A stretch of DNA of 64,000 nt from contig JANRLW010000064.1 in the NCBI GenBank assembly GCA_033762295.1, forward strand, positions 1 to 64,000. Reading direction: 5' to 3'. A program made the position numbers and the translations under genes. The notes under the pieces were generated by a model that had not been told where the DNA came from, ran no database searches, and saw nothing but the letters and a program-made list of their open reading frames with translations. Origin of the DNA: Capsulimonadales bacterium. GTDB lineage: Bacteria > Armatimonadota > Armatimonadia > Armatimonadales > Armatimonadaceae. Below are positions 31,269 through 40,565 of this stretch, piece after piece (the stretch's first letter is position 1; every line of letters begins with the position of its first letter).

Positions 31269-31314
31269 AACAGGACCGGTCGAACAGGAGGAACCCTGTT
31301 CGACCGGTCCTGTT
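31269..31314 (+). terminator. 20-bp perfect inverted repeat after the S8 peptidase
   Basis: AACAGGACCGGTCGAACAGG-aggaac-CCTGTTCGACCGGTCCTGTT. Confidence 0.75.
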
Positions 31315-31336
31315 CCGTTTCGGATAAAATGGACCG

Positions 31337-32515
31337 ATGCGTTCCGGATTTCCTGAGGATTCGTCCGCGTATGCCGTCTATGCCGATCTTCCGGACGAAG
31401 TCCTGCAGGCGGTTCTCGGGCAGGCGGCCGAAGTCGCCGAGGGGGTTCGCGCCCTGCTCGCGCGGATCGGGGATCGACGGGAGTCGCTCCGTACCCGACT
31501 GCTGGCGGAAAAACGACTCCGTTCATTCGACCCTTTGCCGAACGCGCCCGGAACCGCGGCGGTCGACGGCGGTTCGGCGACCGATCACTCGCTGGGAACC
31601 GATACGGCGCTGGCCGTCGCCGTCGGAATCGAAGGGCTGACCGACCCTCCCGGTCAGGGCTGGTCCGGCGTACAATATCTCGCCTGGCAGCGGACCCTGC
31701 CCCACGAAGGGGAACAGACCGTCGCCACCTGCCGGGGGATCATGAGCGCGCTCGAACTTGCCGTGCTACGGGACGCGCCCCAGGAAGTCGTTTTTCTGGA
31801 CGGCTCTCACCTGACGCCGGTCATCGCCTTGAACGCCATGCTCTCCGTTCGCCAGGATTCCCTGCGCCGGGAGATCGCGGAGGTGGCGGAGCGGTACGCG
31901 ACGGCGGACGCGCTGCTCCACGCGATGACCGCTCCGAACCGTGTCGCCGTCGTCAAATACGACTCGTCGCGCGACCTGACGCAGACCTGGATGCCGGAGA
32001 CGATGCAGGGGGCAGGACTCGGACCGGATGACCGTACGGCAATGAGCATTCTTCTGGAGGCGGGAGAGTATACCGAACCGGTGCCGATCGCCCTGACCCA
32101 GCAGAGCCGGTCGAACTGGCTGGCAAAGCGGATCGATGCTCTGGACCCGGTGGATATGGCGCGGGAACGGGTGCGGTTGGCGATCAACGAGGCGATTCAA
32201 CGGGTACGGGAGGACCGTCTTTGCGTCACCTACTACCGTCCGCATTCCTGGTCGTCGGCATTCCGTCTGGAGATCAAGGCGGAGACGGCGTCGGACCCCC
32301 GACGCCTGGAGCGAGTCCTGTCCGCCGTCCGTTCGCAGGTCCTCTCGCCGGAGATTCGGGAGCCGTATCCGCAGTGGGTGGCCGACCGTATGGCGAAGTC
32401 GGTGGGCGATGCCCTGATCGCCCTGCGCACGGCAGTCCGGCACGATCTGGCCGACGCGGGGATGGCCGATTACCTTTCGCTGGTCGCGCATTCGTACCGG
32501 ACGGAGACCCATTGA
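31337..32515 (+). CDS. nurA: NurA family nuclease (host-like GC, no adjacent HerA)
   Basis: AAVDGG, MSALELAV, VFLDGS, VAVVK and EPYPQWVADRMAK NurA motifs. Confidence 0.8.
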   Translation: MRSGFPEDSSAYAVYADLPDEVLQAVLGQAAEVAEGVRALLARIGDRRESLRTRLLAEKRLRSFDPLPNAPGTAAVDGGSATDHSLGTDTALAVAVGIEGLTDPPGQGWSGVQYLAWQRTLPHEGEQTVATCRGIMSALELAVLRDAPQEVVFLDGSHLTPVIALNAMLSVRQDSLRREIAEVAERYATADALLHAMTAPNRVAVVKYDSSRDLTQTWMPETMQGAGLGPDDRTAMSILLEAGEYTEPVPIALTQQSRSNWLAKRIDALDPVDMARERVRLAINEAIQRVREDRLCVTYYRPHSWSSAFRLEIKAETASDPRRLERVLSAVRSQVLSPEIREPYPQWVADRMAKSVGDALIALRTAVRHDLADAGMADYLSLVAHSYRTETH

Positions 32516-32542
32516 CGGGTCTCCGTCCGTAACCGTCCGTGC

Positions 32543-33685
32543 TTACCGGGTTCCTGCCTTTTTCGCGGTCGTCTTCGTCGGCGACTTTGTTTGGGCGGGA
32601 GCGTTCGCCGTCGTCGAGATCACCTGAAACATCCGGGCCGGAAGTTTTGCGCCGGGAACGATCTGCGGTTGTCGGTTGACGACCACGGTCTTGCCGTTCC
32701 GGAGGCTGTTCATCCACATCCCCATTTGTTGCGGGTTGTTTTGCATCATAGCCAGTTGCTGCTGGCGATAATCCGCCTTTTCTTTGGCGGTCAGGTCCGA
32801 ACCCTTTTGGATCAGCTTGATCAGGTGCCAGCCGAACTGGCTTTTGACCGGTCCGACGATCTCGCCCGATTGCTGAATACCGAACGCGGCTTTCTCGAAA
32901 TCGGGGTCCAGCTGGCCTTTCGACATCCAGCCGAGGTCGCCCCCGCTCTGGGCGTTGCTCGGGTCGTCGGACTCCTTCGCCGCGTCGTCCCAGGTTTTTC
33001 GTCCGGCCTTGATATCGGCGAGAAGACCATCGATTTTCGTCTTGGCCTCCTCCTCCTTCTTCTTCTGTTCCTCCGGGGTCAGCGGTTTGCTCTGTTCTCC
33101 CGGCTTCGGAAGTTGAACCGTGGCGGTCAGGATATGCGCCAGGTGCATCTGTCCGTCACGCGTCGGCACCTTTTTTTCGATCGCCTTGGCAAAGGTCTTG
33201 CGACGAAGGATATCCAGGCGAACGCTCCAGCGGATCAGATCCTCATTGAACCCTTCCCGTTCGGCAATCTCCTTGAAGGTCAGCGGAACGCCGGTCGTCT
33301 CCTGCTGGGCGACGATCCGCAGTTTGGCTTCGGCGATCGCCTTGTCGAGTTCCGCCGCCGTCACGGTCACTTTCAGACGTTTGGCTTCCTGTTCGAGGAG
33401 AACGTACTGAACCAGCTGATCGACGATCGGGCGGCCGCCGACCATCTGGAACATGGCAAGCAGTTCGTCCCGCGTGATATTCTCGCTGCCGACACGGGCG
33501 ACGATGTTGGGAGGAAGTTTGGGAGCAGGCTTGGCTTTGGGGCGGTTGACCGGGGGAACGCCACGGGTCGGCGGGGTGGGCGGGCCATGCTGATGATCGT
33601 GGTCGGGCGGCTGTGCCAACGCCGTTCCGAGAAGGGAGTGGGCGACAGCGAGAACACAGGAAACACGAAGGAAGGTGAAAGTCAT
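32543..33685 (-). CDS. PpiC-type peptidylprolyl isomerase (PrsA/SurA-like foldase)
   Basis: Signal peptide; HLAHIL, SDDPS..GGDLGW, FEKAAF and VKSQFGWHLIK motifs. Confidence 0.92.
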   Translation of the reverse strand: MTFTFLRVSCVLAVAHSLLGTALAQPPDHDHQHGPPTPPTRGVPPVNRPKAKPAPKLPPNIVARVGSENITRDELLAMFQMVGGRPIVDQLVQYVLLEQEAKRLKVTVTAAELDKAIAEAKLRIVAQQETTGVPLTFKEIAEREGFNEDLIRWSVRLDILRRKTFAKAIEKKVPTRDGQMHLAHILTATVQLPKPGEQSKPLTPEEQKKKEEEAKTKIDGLLADIKAGRKTWDDAAKESDDPSNAQSGGDLGWMSKGQLDPDFEKAAFGIQQSGEIVGPVKSQFGWHLIKLIQKGSDLTAKEKADYRQQQLAMMQNNPQQMGMWMNSLRNGKTVVVNRQPQIVPGAKLPARMFQVISTTANAPAQTKSPTKTTAKKAGTR

Positions 33686-33875
33686 CGTCGGAAAAAGTCC
33701 CTTTCTGTGGGCGGCAACCAACGCGGCCCAGAGGTAAGACAGGAAGATAAGGCGAACATCGGGCAATCAACGGCGGACGGAAAAATCAGGATGCAGGCGG
33801 TCTGCGCATCGGATGGGCGTGTCCATCGGTCCGACACGTACGCCGCGTTATCCTATCGCAGATACGCCGTCAGCG

Positions 33876-34268
33876 TCAAGCCGGGTCCGGGGCGAAGGGG
33901 GGCGAAGTCGCCTGGTGATTACCCGAACGCCCGGAGGAACAAAGCCTTCCGCCATCGATTCGATAGGGCTCGCTATGGTCACCTTCAATCAAAGGCAGGG
34001 GAACGTCTCCGAGCGTCCATATCAGGGAAAGTGCCACGGTATCGGCCTCCGTGAACGTTCCCTGCGACAAAGACCGCTCGATCGAAAGCCCGTCCTCGGA
34101 GAGATGGCGGAGTTCCGACAGATACGCGTATACGGTGCGACGCAGGAGCAACAGCATCGTGCGCGATACGGGGGCCAGGTCCGAGGCATTGTGCGGGTTC
34201 GGTCGTTCGGGCGTCATGGAGGGCATATTCGCTACGGGGATTATAGACGTCCGTGTTGCCCACCGCAT
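33876..34268 (-). CDS. Hypothetical protein
   Basis: Co-oriented ORF filling the gap between the response regulator and the PPIase; no recognisable motif. Confidence 0.3.
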   Translation of the reverse strand: MRWATRTSIIPVANMPSMTPERPNPHNASDLAPVSRTMLLLLRRTVYAYLSELRHLSEDGLSIERSLSQGTFTEADTVALSLIWTLGDVPLPLIEGDHSEPYRIDGGRLCSSGRSGNHQATSPPFAPDPA

Positions 34269-34337
34269 CAGGATTTGTCATATCGCCGACGGATTCTTCC
34301 GACAGACCCGTCGCCGGAAATCCCTGACCGGGATACC

Positions 34338-35006
34338 TTACATCTCTTCGAGCCACCCACGGTCCCGGGCGTACCGGACGATGTCCACCCGACTGTTCAA
34401 ACCGAGTTTTTCGGTGGAGCGGGCTTTGTACGTCTCCACCGTCTTGACCGAGAGGGATAACTGCGCCGCGATTTCCTTGTTGCTGTAGCCGTGGGCAATC
34501 TGACGAAGCACGGCCTCCTCGCGTTCGCTCAGACCGTTGACGGACGCGCCGCCATAGGTCGGTTCCTTCCCGACAAACCCGCTGACCACCTTTCCGGCCA
34601 TGGTCGGATCGAGGTAAACCCCGCCGGCGGCGATGGTGCGAATGGCGCGGATCAGATCGTTGGCGGCGGAACGCTTGATCACATATCCGGTCGCACCCGC
34701 CTTGAGCAGTTCGTGGAGGTAGCTGCGGTCCTCATGCATGGTCAGGGCGAGTACCCGCACATCGGGAAGGTGCTGTCGGATTTCGGCGGTCGCGGTCGCG
34801 CCGGACATACGCGGCATGGTGACATCCATCACGATGATATCGGGGCGGGATTGCCGGGCTTTTTCGACCGCCATCCGCCCGTCGCTGACCTCGCCGACGA
34901 CTTCCATATCGGGCTGTGCATTCAAAAGTGTCGACAGTCCTTCGCGAATCATAGCATGATCGTCAGCAAGCAGTACACGAATTTTCTCACCGGTCGTTTT
35001 CGACAT
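34338..35006 (-). CDS. NarL/LuxR family response regulator
   Basis: LADDH, MDVTMP, GYVIK receiver motifs; LSEREEAVL...NKEIA...VKTVETY HTH. Confidence 0.95.
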   Translation of the reverse strand: MSKTTGEKIRVLLADDHAMIREGLSTLLNAQPDMEVVGEVSDGRMAVEKARQSRPDIIVMDVTMPRMSGATATAEIRQHLPDVRVLALTMHEDRSYLHELLKAGATGYVIKRSAANDLIRAIRTIAAGGVYLDPTMAGKVVSGFVGKEPTYGGASVNGLSEREEAVLRQIAHGYSNKEIAAQLSLSVKTVETYKARSTEKLGLNSRVDIVRYARDRGWLEEM

Positions 35007-35161
35007 GTTGTTTTCCTTCCCGGTATCGGATCGATGCGGTCGGCCGGTGTCAGAATATCAGGTCATCGGGCGTAGCGGTTCTCTGACAAGCCCACCTCAA
35101 CAACACGGAACCCGTCAAAAAATGTTCCCTCAAATAGCCAAACATCGGGAGCGGGGTCGGA

Positions 35162-36373
35162 TCAGGCCGGCAGGATGGCGGTCAGAGTCGTCCCTAACCC
35201 CGGCTTCGAGTCCACCGTAAAGGTGCCGCCCAGCCCCTCGGCCCGCTCGCGCATCGAATGCATGCCGATCCCCGTTCCCGCGGCTCCGTCCGGATCAAAA
35301 CCGGCTCCGTCGTCGGCAATCGTGAGCGTCACCTTATCGCGATCGCGGGCCAGGCGCACCTCGGCCTGCCTCGCTTCCGCCGCATGTTTGACGGTATTGG
35401 TGAGAGCTTCCTGGACGATCCTGAGAACGGCCAGTTGGGAGGGCGGCGGAAGCGTATCGAGAATCTCCGCGCCCTCCATCTGGATTTCCAGACGGGTGCG
35501 CCTTGCCAGGCGTTCGGTTTCCGCTTGCAGCCGTACGGACGGCGCCGTTCCGTCCTGATCTCCGACCGACCAGGGTTTCGTAAAGAACGTCCAGTCGCGA
35601 ATGGCCGACATCGCCGTTCGCAAAAAATCCGCCTCCTCGCGCAACAGGTCGGCGGTCTGTGGCTGTTGCTCCTTTTCGGCCCGGTGAGCGGCGAACTCCA
35701 GACGGAGCACCGAGGCTGCCAGACTGTTCCCGATGCCGTCGTGCACTTCGCGTGACAGATGGCTGCGCTCCTGCGCCAGGGCAAGTTCGGCGCGCAGGGA
35801 CGCGTTTTCGCGCTCTTTCGCCTCATGATTCAGGCGAAGGCGGCGGGCGACGCTGCTGACCGCCAGAAACGAGCCGATACGCAGAGCCATCTCCGGCAGG
35901 TAGTTGCCCGTAAAACCGGAAAGATCGGACGGGAAGGTTCCGAGTAGCAGGGACAGGATCGCTCCGTAACGGACCAGATACGCCTCGGCGGCCGGAGCGA
36001 GCAGGGTTTCCGCGATCCCGATCAGAAAAATCACCACCCAGAGCGGACTGTGAAAGCCCCCCGTGTAGCGGAGTCCCGCTGCCACCAGAATCAGGTCGAC
36101 GGTAACGAACGTCCAGGAAAAAGGTCGGCGACGTACCCCCTCCGGCTCTCCGGTACGGTCGCGTCGGAACCGATCATAGGAACGGGCAGCCAGATTGCAG
36201 GTTTCCAGCAGTAGGACAATCAGGAAGGGAAAGGTGTCGACCGGCGGACTGTCGGGTACCAGACGGGACGCCGCCAGCATGCTCCAGACCCCGATACCGG
36301 CCAGAGCCAGCCAGTAGACCAGGCTGACACGGGTATTGTTGCGTATCTGTTCACGGGCGGGCAAGGGGACCAT
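35162..36373 (-). CDS. Sensor histidine kinase (HisKA_3 type)
   Basis: TM sensor; ERSHLSREVHD, QEALTNTVKH, IADDGAGF and GIGMHSMRER motifs. Confidence 0.93.
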   Translation of the reverse strand: MVPLPAREQIRNNTRVSLVYWLALAGIGVWSMLAASRLVPDSPPVDTFPFLIVLLLETCNLAARSYDRFRRDRTGEPEGVRRRPFSWTFVTVDLILVAAGLRYTGGFHSPLWVVIFLIGIAETLLAPAAEAYLVRYGAILSLLLGTFPSDLSGFTGNYLPEMALRIGSFLAVSSVARRLRLNHEAKERENASLRAELALAQERSHLSREVHDGIGNSLAASVLRLEFAAHRAEKEQQPQTADLLREEADFLRTAMSAIRDWTFFTKPWSVGDQDGTAPSVRLQAETERLARRTRLEIQMEGAEILDTLPPPSQLAVLRIVQEALTNTVKHAAEARQAEVRLARDRDKVTLTIADDGAGFDPDGAAGTGIGMHSMRERAEGLGGTFTVDSKPGLGTTLTAILPA

Positions 36374-36579
36374 GGGTGTCGTCCCAAACGGGTGTGTAAA
36401 AGCATCCGAAAACGTCGGTGTGAGAAACTTCTCAGAATCCGGGCGAATTCCGAACGGAAAACTCCGTACTATAGTATATCACTACGCGCCTTCGTCGGCT
36501 TTTGAAATGATGTCGAAGGAGGCGCGCGGCTATGCGGGGGCGCGGACGACGGCTCGTTCGCGCAAAGTGAGGATTTGAA

Positions 36580-37362
36580 ATGTCGCTGCGAACCCATACG
36601 AATACCGATCAGGTTGCCTGGCAACGTTCATTCAAGGAGAATCCGTTCATGGCGGACTCGGAGACGCGCCCCTCCGGCGCGACTCGCACCCTGCTTCTCG
36701 CGGCGCTCATTACGATCGGCCTGTATTTCGTGCCGTACGCGGGTTACGTCACGTATCCGATCCGCCTTCTGGTGACACTGATCCATGAAGGCAGCCACGC
36801 GCTGATGTCTTTGTTGACCGGCGGGTGGGTACAATCGATCTCGATCGAACCGGACGGTTCCGGACTGACCATGTCGTTGTTACGTGGCTGGCTTCCCCAG
36901 GTCCTGGTCGCCTCGGCGGGATACCTGGGAGCGACCCTGTACGGCGCCGGACTGATTTATCTGTTGCGACGCGGGGCGTCCGGTCGTCCGCTTCTGCTCG
37001 GAACGGGAATCCTCACCGGATTGGTGACGCTGGGAATTTTCCTGGGACTGATTTTCACCGGCAACGTCTTCGGGCTTTTCTGGGGGTTGATGATCACGGC
37101 CGGTCTTCTGATCGCCGGGCTCAAACTGCCGAAAGGGACCGCCGGTTGGCTGGCGGCGTTCGTCGGAGTTCAGTGCGTCCTGAACGCCCTGTTCGATCTC
37201 CGAACGCTGTTCACGCTGTCCGTCTCGACGCTGGCGCCGACCGATGCGATGGGTATGGCTCGCCTGACCCTGATTCCTGCGCCGATCTGGGCCGCCCTCT
37301 GGATCATTACCGCCTTCTTTATGCTCTGGTTGGTGCTGCGCCCCGCTCGGTCCTCGCGGTAA
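36580..37362 (+). CDS. M50B-like membrane metallopeptidase
   Basis: LIHEGSH, ASAGYLG and TDAMGMA motifs; multiple TM segments. Confidence 0.88.
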   Translation: MSLRTHTNTDQVAWQRSFKENPFMADSETRPSGATRTLLLAALITIGLYFVPYAGYVTYPIRLLVTLIHEGSHALMSLLTGGWVQSISIEPDGSGLTMSLLRGWLPQVLVASAGYLGATLYGAGLIYLLRRGASGRPLLLGTGILTGLVTLGIFLGLIFTGNVFGLFWGLMITAGLLIAGLKLPKGTAGWLAAFVGVQCVLNALFDLRTLFTLSVSTLAPTDAMGMARLTLIPAPIWAALWIITAFFMLWLVLRPARSSR

Positions 37363-37431
37363 TTCGGCGACCGACAGACCGACCGAGTGTTTGGTCACAA
37401 AGTTTGGTCTATTCGGTCATCGGACCATGCG

Positions 37432-37467
37432 AAAAAGAAAAACCCTCGGCATTCGACCGAGGGTTTT
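37432..37467 (-). terminator. Rho-independent terminator (possibly bidirectional)
   Basis: AAAACCCTCGG-loop-CCGAGGGTTTT with TTTTTCTTTTT on the minus strand. Confidence 0.8.
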
Positions 37468-37500
37468 ACCACAGCACGTGGAGAGAAAAGGAGATCACAC
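37432..37500 (-). ncRNA. Candidate ~70-nt small RNA
   Basis: TTGCCA-N17-TATAAT promoter (37535-37507), predicted +1 at 37500, CU-rich body, intrinsic terminator with U-tract; no plausible coding ORF. Confidence 0.6.
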
Positions 37501-37506
37501 GGGGGG

Positions 37507-37535
37507 ATTATAATCGAAATCCTTCTGCTTGGCAA
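37507..37535 (-). promoter_or_regulatory. Sigma70-type promoter
   Basis: -35 TTGCCA (37535-37530), 17-bp spacer, -10 TATAAT (37512-37507). Confidence 0.7.
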
Positions 37536-37594
37536 GCCTCTTCGCTCCGTCGTTTATTTGATTTTCGACCATTTGATTCCGGATTTACCACTAT

Positions 37595-38482
37595 TTACCA
37601 CTTCAGAACCGGAGGAAAGTACTCGGCGATCAGGTCCTCGTAGTACGGTCGCAGTTCCTCGACGTTCGGCTTTTCCTGGCTCTTGGAGTACAGGTCGTAG
37701 GGGTTGAAGGCCCGTACCCAGCGCAGCATCTCCCGGTCCTTCTCGTTCGTCAGGTGCGAGTAGGCGTTTTCCTTATGCCAGGGGTAGAATGAATGATAGC
37801 GAAGCATATACAATGCTTCCTCGGGAAGGTAGTCTTTAGTTACCTGGTAGATGTATTCATCATGCCCCCAGGAAAGGTGAACGTTGTCCAGTCCGCACCC
37901 CGGTTCGTAAATTCCGTTTTCCGTTTGATATTCCGGAACAAGGCTGTCCGGATTGGCATCGAAGAAATCGGAGAAAACGATTTTATCGGAGTAGGCGCAA
38001 CCGACCGGGAAAGTATCGCCCACGACGGCCCATTGCGGTTCGCCGTAGAGGCAGAGAATCTTGCCCAGGTCGTGAACCAACCCGGCGAGTACGAACCATC
38101 GCGGATGCCCATCCTTGCGAATCTCCTCCGAGGTTTGCAAAAGGTGCTGAATCTGCGTCAGATCGGTGTCCGGATCACTATCGTCGACCAGCGTATTGAG
38201 GTACTCCATGGCCTCCCAGATGCCCATTTCGCGCCGGTCGAGCGCAAGATATTCGGTCTTCTTCGCTCGCACAAAGTCGACGGTCTGGTACGTATGGTTC
38301 AGGCGATAAAACTCGCGGACGGTCGGTCGAGCCTCCGCTTCATAGTTGCGAAACGCTTCTCTGGGCTTGTTCGGATCGGTAAAGCGGTTTTCCTCGCTTT
38401 CCGTCTCCGGGTAACGTTCCTTCAGCGACTCTTCCCATTCCTCAATGTAGTTGGGAGAGGGAGAAACGGTAGTATCCGACAT
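37595..38482 (-). CDS. Myo-inositol oxygenase (MIOX) family di-iron enzyme
   Basis: [55 protein letters not shown] and FNPYDLYSK motifs. Confidence 0.93.
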   Translation of the reverse strand: MSDTTVSPSPNYIEEWEESLKERYPETESEENRFTDPNKPREAFRNYEAEARPTVREFYRLNHTYQTVDFVRAKKTEYLALDRREMGIWEAMEYLNTLVDDSDPDTDLTQIQHLLQTSEEIRKDGHPRWFVLAGLVHDLGKILCLYGEPQWAVVGDTFPVGCAYSDKIVFSDFFDANPDSLVPEYQTENGIYEPGCGLDNVHLSWGHDEYIYQVTKDYLPEEALYMLRYHSFYPWHKENAYSHLTNEKDREMLRWVRAFNPYDLYSKSQEKPNVEELRPYYEDLIAEYFPPVLKW

Positions 38483-38589
38483 GGGCGACTCCTCCGAAAG
38501 AGGTCAGGTGAATGCCCTATTATACGGAATGTGGCCGGGGATGCCAGTTTGTCGAAAAGGGGTTTACACGTAAATTCGGAGCGTAGACC

Positions 38590-40026
38590 ATGACCATATG
38601 GGGAATCCTCACCTTGATTAGCTTCGCCCTCAGCACCGTCGGCGGCGATGCGCAAACACCGACTGGCGACGCGCCCAAACCGGCGCCCGCGCCGACCGAC
38701 ACCCTCGTTCACCTGCGGGCCGACTGGCCTGCTGTTCCCCCTCCGAACGACCCCGACGCGGCAGGCCGCGGCATTCAGCGGACGATGCGTCTGCTCGCGA
38801 CCAGCACCCCGCAACATCGAAACTCCGTCCGAATCCTCTTCTACGGTCAGTCGATTACCGAGCAGAAGTGGTGGGAGCAGGTCGCCGACGATTTGCGGCG
38901 GCGGTTTCCGCATGCCGATCTCGATATCCGCAACCGGGCAATCGGAGGTTTCGCCTCGCAGCGACTGATCCGACCCGCGCAACATGATATCTTCCCCTGG
39001 TATCCGGATCTGGTGATTTTTCACGTTTACGGAGCGGATCAGGAGTACGAGGAGATTATCCGGAATATCCGGACCCGGACGACCGCCGAAATACTGATGC
39101 AGAAGGACCATGTCACCCGATGGCCGTTGCCGGTCCATGACCCTTCCGCCGATAAAAGCGACTGGTGGGACGATCGTATGAACCATCAGCGTCTGCCGGA
39201 AATCGCTGCGAAGTATGATTGCGGTCTGGTCGATGTTCGGGGCGAATGGTTGCGCTATCTCAAAGCCAACGCACTGGAACCGAAGGACCTGCTGACGGAT
39301 GGAGTTCACCTGAACGAACACGGATGCTTTGTCCTGGCGGAGATCGTCAAACAGTACCTGGTTTACCGCCCGGAACGCAAAGCCGACGACCCTCGCGTTC
39401 GGGACGTTGTGGTCGGGCAGGACGTACGCTGGAAGGAAGGTCGCCTGACACTGGACTTTGTCGGTAACCGTGTCGACCTGCTGCCGGGGGCGAGAGGGGG
39501 CGGAGGAAGCGTCCGGATACTCATCGACGGCAAAGCGCCCTCCGCGCATCCGGAATGTTACACGTTCTCCCGCCCCGCTCCCAACCCGTGGGCGTCCCCG
39601 CTGGCACTGGTTCGCGTGGATAGCGTCCGTCCGCTTCTGTCCGAGGATTGGACTCTGACCGTGACGGAGGTAACCGGGGAAAAGGACGATGTTGTCTGGA
39701 GCTATCGGGTCGTCGGCTCGTTGACCGGTGAGGACGGCACGGGCAAAAGCGATGCGGTCTTCGTGTCCGCTTCGGGTCGCGTTCGGATCGAACCGGCGTC
39801 CTTCTTTCGCGGCTTCAATCCGCCGCTGCCAAAGAATCACCGGATCACCTGGCAGTCGTATTTGATGGGGACCGATCACTACCGGTTCGAGCGGGTGGCG
39901 GACCCGGGCCGAGAGAATGCGGTTTTGCTGGCACAGGGCCTGGAGAACGGACCGCATCGATTGGAACTGATCGTCGAGGGGAAAACGCCGGCACCGATCC
40001 GCGCTCTGCGGGTCTACCGTCCCTGA
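38590..40026 (+). CDS. Secreted SGNH/GDSL hydrolase-like protein
   Basis: Signal peptide; FYGQSIT, NRAIGG and DGVHLN motifs. Confidence 0.75.
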   Translation: MTIWGILTLISFALSTVGGDAQTPTGDAPKPAPAPTDTLVHLRADWPAVPPPNDPDAAGRGIQRTMRLLATSTPQHRNSVRILFYGQSITEQKWWEQVADDLRRRFPHADLDIRNRAIGGFASQRLIRPAQHDIFPWYPDLVIFHVYGADQEYEEIIRNIRTRTTAEILMQKDHVTRWPLPVHDPSADKSDWWDDRMNHQRLPEIAAKYDCGLVDVRGEWLRYLKANALEPKDLLTDGVHLNEHGCFVLAEIVKQYLVYRPERKADDPRVRDVVVGQDVRWKEGRLTLDFVGNRVDLLPGARGGGGSVRILIDGKAPSAHPECYTFSRPAPNPWASPLALVRVDSVRPLLSEDWTLTVTEVTGEKDDVVWSYRVVGSLTGEDGTGKSDAVFVSASGRVRIEPASFFRGFNPPLPKNHRITWQSYLMGTDHYRFERVADPGRENAVLLAQGLENGPHRLELIVEGKTPAPIRALRVYRP

Positions 40027-40056
40027 AAAACGCCCCGCCGGATTCGGCGGGGCGTT
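40026..40056. terminator. Intrinsic terminator between convergent genes
   Basis: AACGCCCCGCCG-gatt-CGGCGGGGCGTT with an A-tract on the left (U-tract for the minus strand). Confidence 0.8.
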
Positions 40057-40087
40057 GAAACGCGATAAGGTCGAAAGGTTCGAAACT

Positions 40088-40438
40088 TTATTGCCCGTAG
40101 AGGAACCGCTCCTCCGTGATTTTGCCGTCCTGAACGGCATACAGCGCGATCTCCGCGAATTGCGCCACATTACCGCTTTCTTTCTGCACAATCTCCATGG
40201 TGAAGACCACCGCGAAGGAGTCGCCACCGAGAAACGGCCCGGTGACCGAGACGGAGCGAATGTCATTGGCCGCGCCCCATGCCGCGGCTTTGGCATGCAA
40301 CGCATCCAATCCGGTCGCCGTGGCACCGTCGGGTTCGATGCTGCGAGCGTTTTCGGCGAAGAGGGTGGAGTAGGCGTCATCGAACTTGCCCTCACGGCAA
40401 AGAGCGACGAGGGAGCCGGCGATTTCGGAAACGGTCAT
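40088..40438 (-). CDS. SnoaL-like / NTF2 family protein (start 40438)
   Basis: LVALCREGKF, SIEP and EIALYAVQDGKITEERFLY motifs; GGAGG RBS. Confidence 0.85.
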   Translation of the reverse strand: MTVSEIAGSLVALCREGKFDDAYSTLFAENARSIEPDGATATGLDALHAKAAAWGAANDIRSVSVTGPFLGGDSFAVVFTMEIVQKESGNVAQFAEIALYAVQDGKITEERFLYGQ

Positions 40439-40517
40439 CTGATTCCTCCAGAAAGGGATATGGGAACACCAGGAATAGACTGCTTTGCAGGGAGGCAACC
40501 CGGAAGGCGGAGCAAAG

Positions 40518-40542
40518 AAAAAGGACGCCCGAACGGGCGTCC
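40518..40542 (-). terminator. Intrinsic terminator after GH44
   Basis: GGACGCCC-loop-GGGCGTCC followed by TTTTT on the minus strand. Confidence 0.7.
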
Positions 40543-40565
40543 CTACGATCCTCGAATCGAGACGA

